Origin: an uncultured Desulfobacterales bacterium
GTDB taxonomy: Bacteria > Desulfobacterota > Desulfobacteria > Desulfobacterales > QNYZ01
Assembly (NCBI GenBank): GCA_964577615.1
Contig: CAZNZW010000002.1
Location: forward strand, 24,333-88,332
DNA length: 64,000 nt
Direction of reading: 5' to 3'
Part shown: piece by piece, positions 31,964 through 39,571 of the stretch
Layout of the letters: each line of letters opens with the position of its first letter
How positions within the stretch are numbered: the first letter of the stretch is position 1
Position numbers and translations under genes: made by a program
The notes under the pieces: generated by a model
What the model was told of the DNA's origin: nothing
Seen by the model: the letters and a program-made list of their open reading frames with translations, nothing else
Database searches by the model: none

Positions 31964-34909
31964 TTACCGGGCGACAGAGCGGATCACCTCAACGGAAAAT
32001 TCTTCGATGTCAGATGGCAGATTTGCAAAAACAATCATAAATGGCGCTGTTTTGCCAGGGGGCACTTTGAGACTGCCGGCGCCCGCTTTATTTGACAGGT
32101 TTTTCTGTATGTCGGCCAGGGCTTTGGTGCCCAGATCCTGATCAGAAAGGGAATTGCCGCAATAAACTGATCGGGCCTTGATCAGTTTTCCCCCCTTGGC
32201 AAAAATGTTGCCTTTGATCAGAATCGATCCCCGGGGCTGTTTGTACTGATTGAGCACTTTGCCGGTAATGACGAACAGCCGTCCCGAATTATTGCTGGTG
32301 ACGAACTTGCTGTCGATTCCCACTGTTTTCAGCTGCGCGTTACCCGGATCATTGGCCACCTGCTGCGTGCCGGCGCCCATCATGTTGCTCAAGTAGGGAA
32401 TTTTAATTCCCATCATATTGAATAGATACAGACCGCCCAGCAGCAGCGCTATGAGTAAAAGGGCAATCAATGACTTCCGGCTTTTCTTTTTTGGGAACGC
32501 GGCGTCTTCCACAACAGGGCCCAATGTTTTGGCTTCGGAGTCTTTGACGGGATCTAATTTCAGCCTGGCAGTTGTTTTGGATTCCTCCGCGGGTGACGTG
32601 CTGTCCAGAGGAGGCGGCCCGGCCGCGGCGGATTCAGCCGGCTTTTCGGCGCCTGTTTCAGCCTCGTCGGTCAGGGTCTTTTCCATTGCCATGTCAATGT
32701 CTTCGAAATCGAGGCTTCCGGATTCAATCGCCGGTTGACTTTTATTTACATCCGATAAATTTTCTTTGGAAGGCAGGTCCCCCGCTTTCGGGCTCTGGCT
32801 GTCTATCTCCAGATCTTCCAGGCTCAGGTCATCCATGCCCGGATCGGCCATTCCCTGGTCGCTCAGGCCCATATTTTCCACGGCCAGGGTATTGTTGTCT
32901 GCTTCCATGAGAGACTCATCGGTGACTTCCGCCGGCGCAAGCAGCTGGTCCAGAATGGGGAGGTCGATCTCGTCATCTTCGCTGTACCCGTCTTCCAGGT
33001 CGGGGCGTTCAAGGTTGACGTTAAGCACTTCCGCCTGTTTTCCCTTGTCAGTATCCAGCGTAATACTGACATCCTTGTCAAAGGCCTCTTTCGGGGCCGG
33101 GGCCACTTCTTCGATGTCTTCTATCTCAATATCCAGTGGCTCATCGGTATTGGGGGACTGGTCTTTGGCGTTTAACGGCGGTTCTGCCGGCTCGGCCGGC
33201 GCGGTGGCTTTCGGGCCAGGATCCAAATCCAGATCAAGCATGTCTACCTGTTTCGTATCCAGGCCAAACGCCTCATCCAGGCTTTCGTCTTCAAGGTCGT
33301 CAAAGTCCAGGTCAAGTCCTTCGATTTGCTGAGTGTCCAGAGAAATCTCCTCCGTGGATGGATCGGGTATTTCCGGGTCCAGCTGATCCAGTTCAAGGTC
33401 AAGATTCTTGATTTGTTTGGTGTCCAGGACGAAATTGTCATCCAGGACCTCGTCTTTACTATCCGGCTGTTCCGGTTCGAAATCGAAATCGATATCGTCA
33501 ATCTGTTCGGTACTCAGAATATCCTCTTCAGTAGAGCCCTCTGCTTCAGAAGCTTCGGGAGCGGCTTCGGGGATCTCCAGTTCTTCCAGCTGGATACCGA
33601 GATCGCTCAGTTGCTGTACTTCCGAGATGTTTTCTCCAGTGGCCGCCTCACTCGGCTGGGGAGGTATCTCTTCGATATTTTCCAGTTCTAAATCAAGGTC
33701 CTGAATCTGAATGGTGTCCAGATCGATATCACCGTCCAGTTCCACGTCTATATCCGGATGCTCAGGTTTGGATGCAGACAATTCTGATTTGAACATTTCA
33801 TCAAGTTCACCGTCAAGATCGGATAAGTCCAGCTCTTCGGATTCCACCTCATCGATCAGGCTGTCCAGCGCCATGCCAGGTTCACCGTCGAGATCCATTG
33901 ATTCCGATTCCGGTGCATCGCTTTTGTCGACAGACAAATCAGACATCTCATCGTTTCCGAGAATATTATCGAGTTTATCAGAAAGATCGCTAATTTCCTG
34001 ATCTTCTGTCGTCGTATCCATTGAATCGGTGTTTTGTGCTTCTTCGCTCAATGGCGCCGCCTGCGGCTTATGGGTATCGGGTCCCAGAAGCTCGTCAAGT
34101 CCGGCGGTCAGGTCAGCCATCTCAATATCTTCAGAATCAGTTAAAGATGCTGCCGCAGGGCCGGACGGCATGGCTTGTATTTCTGAATCAATGTCCTCAA
34201 GCTGGATTGAATCAAGGTCAATGCCGCCATCGGGTACTGGAGGTTCATCTCCCGCCCCATCAAGCTCGTCGCCAAGAGTAGACAGGTCCAGGACATCAAT
34301 GTCCGGATCATATCCTGCCGGGTCCGGTTCATTCGTGTCTGTCGCACTTTCCGCCAGGTCGCCGGATAACAGATCGAGGTCCTCATCGAGATCAGATAAA
34401 AGATCATCCTCTTCCTTCAGGCCGGGCTCTGCCATCCCTTTCGCCTGATCTGTTTCATCCGTTGCGGAAAGAAGATCATCCATCTCATCTGAACCAAGGA
34501 TTTTATCCAGTTCGTCAGTTAGATCGTGCATGGTCGGGTCTTCGGCCCCGCCGGTAGCCGGGGAGTCCAGGTGTTTCCCGTCCGTTGTTTCGTCCGATTG
34601 TGCGAATAGCGAAGCGGCGCCCGCCGCCGCTCCCAGTGTTCCACCGATCCCCGCTGCCAGATTCGATATTTTGCTGCCGCCGGGTTTTGCTGAAGACGCT
34701 GCATCGGGGACATCCGGTGTTGCCTCATCCGTCAGTTCCGTTCCGCTTGCCCGGGGCGACGGGGGGGGAGATTGGACATCTTCGGCAGAAGGGGGAAAGG
34801 CAACAAAAAGATGCTGGCATCTGGAGCATTTAACCCTGGACCCCGATGGCTTGATGCGGTCGTCATCAAGGAAATAATCCGTAGCGCACTGCTTGCAAGT
34901 AATGATCAT
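31964..34909 (-). CDS. Zinc-ribbon (MJ0042-type) / polyacidic repeat / single TM / DUF3426-like C-terminal domain protein
   Basis: The start is taken at MIITCKQC (ATG 34909, SD AGGAG). The zinc ribbon is 'CKQCATDYFLDDDRIKPSGSRVKCSRCQHLF' (CxxC-N19-CxxC). Over the next ~750 aa, about one residue in three or more is D/E by eye. The TM segment is 'SLIALLLIALLLGGLYLFNMMGI'. The last ~146 aa resemble DUF3426 ('GRLFVITGKVLN...PFMIVFANLP'). Confidence 0.85.
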   Translation of the reverse strand: MIITCKQCATDYFLDDDRIKPSGSRVKCSRCQHLFVAFPPSAEDVQSPPPSPRASGTELTDEATPDVPDAASSAKPGGSKISNLAAGIGGTLGAAAGAASLFAQSDETTDGKHLDSPATGGAEDPTMHDLTDELDKILGSDEMDDLLSATDETDQAKGMAEPGLKEEDDLLSDLDEDLDLLSGDLAESATDTNEPDPAGYDPDIDVLDLSTLGDELDGAGDEPPVPDGGIDLDSIQLEDIDSEIQAMPSGPAAASLTDSEDIEMADLTAGLDELLGPDTHKPQAAPLSEEAQNTDSMDTTTEDQEISDLSDKLDNILGNDEMSDLSVDKSDAPESESMDLDGEPGMALDSLIDEVESEELDLSDLDGELDEMFKSELSASKPEHPDIDVELDGDIDLDTIQIQDLDLELENIEEIPPQPSEAATGENISEVQQLSDLGIQLEELEIPEAAPEASEAEGSTEEDILSTEQIDDIDFDFEPEQPDSKDEVLDDNFVLDTKQIKNLDLELDQLDPEIPDPSTEEISLDTQQIEGLDLDFDDLEDESLDEAFGLDTKQVDMLDLDLDPGPKATAPAEPAEPPLNAKDQSPNTDEPLDIEIEDIEEVAPAPKEAFDKDVSITLDTDKGKQAEVLNVNLERPDLEDGYSEDDEIDLPILDQLLAPAEVTDESLMEADNNTLAVENMGLSDQGMADPGMDDLSLEDLEIDSQSPKAGDLPSKENLSDVNKSQPAIESGSLDFEDIDMAMEKTLTDEAETGAEKPAESAAAGPPPLDSTSPAEESKTTARLKLDPVKDSEAKTLGPVVEDAAFPKKKSRKSLIALLLIALLLGGLYLFNMMGIKIPYLSNMMGAGTQQVANDPGNAQLKTVGIDSKFVTSNNSGRLFVITGKVLNQYKQPRGSILIKGNIFAKGGKLIKARSVYCGNSLSDQDLGTKALADIQKNLSNKAGAGSLKVPPGKTAPFMIVFANLPSDIEEFSVEVIRSVAR
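33221..33727 (-). repeat. In-frame coding repeats inside the polyacidic protein
   Basis: Four copies of a ~16-aa motif x-LDT-x-Q(I/V)-xx-LDL(E/D)(L/F)D: 'IDLDTIQIQDLDLELE', 'FVLDTKQIKNLDLELD', 'ISLDTQQIEGLDLDFD' and 'FGLDTKQVDMLDLDLD'. A degenerate copy 'IDLDSIQLEDIDSEI' lies further N-terminal. A second duplicated motif is 'DLTDELDKILGSDEMDDL' / 'DLSDKLDNILGNDEMSDL'. Confidence 0.6.
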
Positions 34910-34994
34910 GTTAAGCTCCTGTGAAAGAATCGAGCGAATAAAACACAAATATCGGTGTGTCCGGCATTAAAAAATATTAATCAGGCTAGCAACA

Positions 34995-35010
34995 AGCAAT
35001 ATGCATGCCA
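34995..35010 (-). promoter_or_regulatory. Sigma-54 (-24/-12) promoter upstream of the polyacidic protein gene
   Basis: The minus strand reads 5'-TATGGCATGCATATTGCTTG-3', i.e. TGGCAT-N5-TTGCT. This is one mismatch to TGGCAC, with correct GG/GC spacing. It lies about 85 nt upstream of the ATG at 34909. Confidence 0.55.
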
Positions 35011-35114
35011 TAACATAAAAAGGATGGGCCGTATTTCCTGGTACAGGCAAAAAAAGCGTCAATATTTGTATTGTACAAGGCTTTTATAATACATCAACCA
35101 GACAAAATAGTTTG

Positions 35115-35178
35115 TAACGCCAAGAAATAATTGACTAAAACCAGATATCCGGTTGACCCGTCCATGACCTTGGCGTTA
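35115..35178. promoter_or_regulatory. 10-bp perfect inverted repeat pair (candidate enhancer/UAS for the sigma-54 promoter)
   Basis: TAACGCCAAG (35115-35124) and CTTGGCGTTA (35169-35178) are exact reverse complements separated by 44 nt. They lie about 105-170 bp upstream of the -24 element, where bEBP sites usually sit. Confidence 0.3.
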
Positions 35179-35446
35179 GAGCCACATAAAAGCGATATTG
35201 CCGATCACGGCACCCATTGCCATTTTCTCAATCAATATATATTAATAAAAACACTTCTTTGTCTTCTAAAGCAACAATGGCGGGATTTGTCAAATTAATT
35301 TTATGACCGGCGCGCATGCGTCAGCCGCTCTCCAGGGGGGGGATAAAAGAGATAATTTTCCTTACAATCCAAATTTTGTCTTTCCGAATACAATATCCGT
35401 ATTGATTTTGGGAGAAAGGTGCCGCCGGGTTATTCGTCGCAGCCCG

Positions 35447-36364
35447 TTAAAGGCCTGTTTCTGATAATTTTTTAACAAGTTCTGTCTGCAGCTCGGATAG
35501 CTTTGCAGGAATATCCACGTTGATTTTAACAAACAGATTGCCCCGGCGATCCGTATTCATGATCGGCAACCCCTGGCCTGCCAGGCGCATCTGGGTCTGG
35601 TGTCGGGTACCGGCCGGAATTTTAAGCCGTTTTTCACTGCCGTCCGGCGCTTGAATGGTGACATGGGTGCCCAGCAGAGATTCAGTCAGGCGGATGGTGC
35701 GGTTCAAATAAAGATCGGTCCCCTTGACGGAAAAATCAGGATCGGGTGTCATCCGGGCTTTAATATACAGATCCCCGGCCGGGCCGCCGTATGCGCTCGG
35801 TTCGCCCTTGCCCGCCAGGCGCAGTTTTTTTCCGGTAATCATGCCTTTGGGGACTTTGACGGTTAAATTTTCCGACCGTCCGTTGTGCTGAAAATTGATG
35901 TTCTTTCGGGCCCCGCTGAGTACTTCCGCCAGCGTCAGGGGCAGTTCATAGACCAGATCCGTCCCTTTGGCCGGGGCCTGCCGTGATCGGCCACAGCCTC
36001 CCATATTTCCAAAAGGATGGTTCCGGCCACCGCCGGAGGTAAACCGGAAGCCGCCCGGTTTTCCGCCGCCAAATCCGAATTCACGAAAAATATCGCCGAA
36101 ATCAAAATTACGGAAAATATCTTCCTGGGAATACCGCTGCTGGAATCCGCTGGAACCAAAAGTATCGTATTGCTGCCGCTTTTCCTTATCACTTAGCACC
36201 GCATATGCTTCGCTGATTTCTTTGAATTTTTCTTCCCCGGATTTGTCGCCCTTGGTGTGATCGGGGTGGTATTTCATCGCCAGTTTGCGATATGCTTTTT
36301 TAATTTCATTTGCAGATGCGTTTTTCTCAACGCCTAGCGCTTTATAGTAATCTGAGCTGGCCAT
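35447..36364 (-). CDS. cbpA: DnaJ-class co-chaperone without zinc-finger domain (CbpA-like)
   Basis: The start is taken at [12 protein letters not shown] (ATG 36364). The J-domain is '[31 protein letters not shown]' (HPD). A G/F-rich region and a DnaJ C-terminal domain follow. There are no CxxCxGxG repeats. Confidence 0.8.
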   Translation of the reverse strand: MASSDYYKALGVEKNASANEIKKAYRKLAMKYHPDHTKGDKSGEEKFKEISEAYAVLSDKEKRQQYDTFGSSGFQQRYSQEDIFRNFDFGDIFREFGFGGGKPGGFRFTSGGGRNHPFGNMGGCGRSRQAPAKGTDLVYELPLTLAEVLSGARKNINFQHNGRSENLTVKVPKGMITGKKLRLAGKGEPSAYGGPAGDLYIKARMTPDPDFSVKGTDLYLNRTIRLTESLLGTHVTIQAPDGSEKRLKIPAGTRHQTQMRLAGQGLPIMNTDRRGNLFVKINVDIPAKLSELQTELVKKLSETGL

Positions 36365-36445
36365 AAGGTTGCTTTTCCTGTTGGGTAAACCGGTTGGCAT
36401 GTCTGGTGAACTGACGGGTTCAAAGTAATTAAAAAACACATGATG

Positions 36446-38386
36446 TCAAGGGAATGAATCTTTTTGCCGGCCGGGCTTGCCGGCATTGAAAACCTTCAGG
36501 GCTACCATCAGCACGGAGATGGCGGCTGGCGTGATGCCTTCAATCCGGGAGGCCTGGCCCAGGGAAGCGGGACGGACCCTGCCCAGTTTCTGTTTTAATT
36601 CATTGGACAGGCCTGGAATATTTCCGAAGTCAAATTGGGGGGGTAATTTGATCCGTTCCAGGTCTTTATAGCGTGCAATTTCCCTGCGCTGACGTTGGAT
36701 ATAGCCTTCATATTTGATTTCAATCTGTACCTGATCGGTCACCTGGGCGGGCAGCGGCCGGGCGGCCGGGGCCAGGGCGTCGACCGCCTGGTAATCCAAC
36801 TGGGCCCGTTTGAGGAGCTGGCTCAAATGGACGCCGCTTTTCAGGGCGCTGCTGCCCCGGGCGTCAAGGTAGGCATTAACCGCCGGCGTCGGTTTGATAA
36901 CGGTATGCCGGACCCGGTCCATCTCGGCGGCGATCATTTTTTCGCGCGCGCGTACATCTTTGACCTTATCGGCGTCAATCAACCCCAGTTCATGACCGAT
37001 TTCCGCCAGTCGCCGATCGGCATTGTCTTCCCGCAGAATCAGTCGATATTCGGCTCTGGAGGTGAACATCCGGTAGGGTTCCCGGGTGCCCCGGGTGACC
37101 AGATCGTCGATCATGACGCCCATATAGGCCTGGGACCGGTCGAGAATAAACGGCGGACGCCCCTGCAGGCGGCAGGCGGCATTAATGCCGGCCCACAGCC
37201 CCTGGGCCGCCGCTTCTTCATACCCCGAGGTACCGTTGATCTGACCGGCCATGTACAGGCCGTCGATGGCCTTGGTTTCCAGGGTGGCTTTCAACTGCAG
37301 GGGATTGACAAAATCGTATTCAATGGCGTAGGCCGGGCGCATGATTTCGGCCGATTCCAGACCGGCCACCGCCCGGATCAGGGCGATCTGGATTTCCATG
37401 GGCAGGCTGTTGCCCAGACCGCTGGCATAGATCTCATCGGTTTGAAGCCCCTCGGGTTCCAGGATGACCTGATGCCGGTCCCGATCGGGAAATTTAACGA
37501 TTTTGTCTTCAAAAGACGGACAGTAGCGGGCTGAAACCCCTTTGATTTTTCCGCTGTAGAGGGCGGATCGCTTCAGGTTTTTTTCAACAAGCCGGTGAAC
37601 TGTTGAATTGGTATATCCAATATAACTGGGCAGCTGGGGCAGGGTGATTTTGTCGGTAAAGATCGAAAACGGGCGGGGATCAGGATCGGCGGGCTGGGCC
37701 GTGAAGGCGGAAAAATCGATGCTCGTTTTTTTCAGCCGGGGAGGGGTACCGGTTTTCATGCGGCCCAGCTCAAAACCGAGTTGTCGCATCTGGGCGGGCA
37801 GGCCGTAGGATGCAAATTCACCGGCGCGCCCGGCTTTGTATGAATGAAAACCGATATGGACCCGTCCGCTTAAAAACGTGCCCGTGGCCAGAATTACCGC
37901 CGGAGCCAGGTAACCAAACCCGGTCCGGTCGATGACCCCGGTGACGCGCCCCCGGCCGGCACCAGATGTTGAAGCAGACGGAGATTCTTCGACAACCAGT
38001 TCTTCAACGAGGCACTGTTTCAAATCCAGACCGGGCTGTTTTTCAATAACAGCCTTCATGACCGCGTGGTAGCGGCCTTTATCGTTCTGGGTGCGGGAAG
38101 AGTGGACGGCGGGGCCTTTCTTGGTGTTAAGGACCCGATACTGAATGGCGCTCTGGTCGGTCACGCGGGCCATCTGGCCGCCGAGGGCGTCGATTTCCCG
38201 GACAAGCTGGCCCTTGGCCATGCCGCCGATGGACGGGCTGCATGGCATGGCGGCCACCTTGTCCAGGTCGATGGCCAGAAGCAGAGTACGATGGCCCATC
38301 CGGGCAGCGGCCAGAGCGGCTTCGCATCCCGCGTGACCGGCACCGATCACGATAATATCGTACCTGTTTGAATAATATGCTGTCAT
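36446..38386 (-). CDS. mnmG: tRNA uridine 5-carboxymethylaminomethyl modification enzyme MnmG (GidA)
   Basis: 646 aa. The FAD motif is 'YDIIVIGAGHAGCEAALAAARMG'. 'GQINGTSGYEEAAAQG' and 'LSNELKQKLGRVRPASLGQASRIEGITPAAISVL' are also present. Confidence 0.95.
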   Translation of the reverse strand: MTAYYSNRYDIIVIGAGHAGCEAALAAARMGHRTLLLAIDLDKVAAMPCSPSIGGMAKGQLVREIDALGGQMARVTDQSAIQYRVLNTKKGPAVHSSRTQNDKGRYHAVMKAVIEKQPGLDLKQCLVEELVVEESPSASTSGAGRGRVTGVIDRTGFGYLAPAVILATGTFLSGRVHIGFHSYKAGRAGEFASYGLPAQMRQLGFELGRMKTGTPPRLKKTSIDFSAFTAQPADPDPRPFSIFTDKITLPQLPSYIGYTNSTVHRLVEKNLKRSALYSGKIKGVSARYCPSFEDKIVKFPDRDRHQVILEPEGLQTDEIYASGLGNSLPMEIQIALIRAVAGLESAEIMRPAYAIEYDFVNPLQLKATLETKAIDGLYMAGQINGTSGYEEAAAQGLWAGINAACRLQGRPPFILDRSQAYMGVMIDDLVTRGTREPYRMFTSRAEYRLILREDNADRRLAEIGHELGLIDADKVKDVRAREKMIAAEMDRVRHTVIKPTPAVNAYLDARGSSALKSGVHLSQLLKRAQLDYQAVDALAPAARPLPAQVTDQVQIEIKYEGYIQRQRREIARYKDLERIKLPPQFDFGNIPGLSNELKQKLGRVRPASLGQASRIEGITPAAISVLMVALKVFNAGKPGRQKDSFP

Positions 38387-38515
38387 GGGGTACCATTCAC
38401 ATTTAATTTAACGGGCGGCCGCCCGGCCATCCGGCTGAAATCCGGCAGGCTTGACCGGAAACCCTTATGTCTGCGGCATAGTATTACCCCGCCAGAGCGA
38501 GGTCAAGGATGACTG

Positions 38516-39442
38516 ATGGACACTGATAAAATCCGCTATTATGACCTGAATGCCTATTTGCGTGCGCACTTCGGCTGCCGGGTACAGAAAATCACCGTTG
38601 ATGCGGGGCTGACCTGCCCCAACCGGGACGGCACGGTCGCCACCGGCGGGTGCATCTATTGCAATTCGAAGGGGGCGGGTACTGGCGCGCATGCCCGGGG
38701 AATGTCGATCACCGAACAGATTCTTTCCGGTAAAGCCTTTGTCGGGCGCCGTTACCGGGCCAATAAATTTATTGCCTATTTTCAGTCTTTTTCCAATACC
38801 TATGCATCGACAGAGACCCTGACGCGGCTGTACGATGAGGCCCTGTCCGTCGAAGGCGTGGTGGGGCTGTCCATCGGTACGCGGCCCGATTGTGTGTCCG
38901 ATCCGGTTTTGTCACTTCTGGAATCCTATGCCCGGCGATGTCTGGTCTGGGTGGAATACGGCCTGCAGAGCGCCCATGACGATACGTTGCGCCGCATCAA
39001 CCGGGGCCATGACTGTCGGTGTTTCGAAGATGCCGTCGCCCGGACAAAGGGGCGGGGAATCAAAATCTGCGCCCACCTGATCCTGGGACTGCCCGGTGAA
39101 AATCGGGAGCAGATGCTGCAGACCGCCCGGGCTGTCGCGGCCATGGGCATCGACGGCGTCAAACTGCATTTATTGTACGTTGTACGGGGGACGCCCCTTG
39201 AACGAATGTATCATCAGGGCGGGTACACCTGCCTGGAACGGGACGAATATGTGTCTCTGGTGTGCGACGTGATCGAGCGCCTGCCCCCCCATGTTGTCAT
39301 CCAGCGCCTCACCGGGGACCCGCATCCCGAAGAGCTCGTGGCGCCGCACTGGCCCCTGGACAAGAACCGGACCCTCAACCTGATTCGGGAAGTTTTAGTG
39401 CGCCGGGATTCCCGGCAGGGAAAAAAGTATGAGCCGGTGTAG
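38516..39442 (+). CDS. Radical SAM protein, TIGR01212/YhcC family
   Basis: 308 aa. The N-terminus 'YYDLNAYLRAHFGCRVQKITVDAGLTCPNRDGTVATGGCIYCN' shows the family-specific Cys spacing. 'IAYFQSFSNTY' is also present. Confidence 0.8.
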   Translation: MDTDKIRYYDLNAYLRAHFGCRVQKITVDAGLTCPNRDGTVATGGCIYCNSKGAGTGAHARGMSITEQILSGKAFVGRRYRANKFIAYFQSFSNTYASTETLTRLYDEALSVEGVVGLSIGTRPDCVSDPVLSLLESYARRCLVWVEYGLQSAHDDTLRRINRGHDCRCFEDAVARTKGRGIKICAHLILGLPGENREQMLQTARAVAAMGIDGVKLHLLYVVRGTPLERMYHQGGYTCLERDEYVSLVCDVIERLPPHVVIQRLTGDPHPEELVAPHWPLDKNRTLNLIREVLVRRDSRQGKKYEPV

Positions 39443-39571
39443 CCGGGTTTTTCAGAAGCGGCATTGACATGCCGGGCATCCTGAATGGAATATTGGGTTG
39501 AATTTGAAAGCGATTTTTTCTATACTCATCCGCTTAACCACTATTTATGCATAGATAAACTACGAGGTCCC

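Noticed and set aside
32500-34800. Highly repetitive-looking DNA (recurrent gat/gaa/ctg-rich units) that might at first be taken for a tandem repeat or CRISPR-like array.
   Set aside because: It is one uninterrupted 2.9-kb reading frame. The periodicity is codon-level (D/E/L-rich protein repeats). There are no identical direct repeats with unique spacers.
35164-35307. 47-codon ORF (MTLALEPHKSDIADHGTHCHFLNQ...) in the AT-rich spacer.
   Set aside because: It has no SD and no recognisable family, and it lies in probable enhancer DNA. It is kept only as a remark in a finding.
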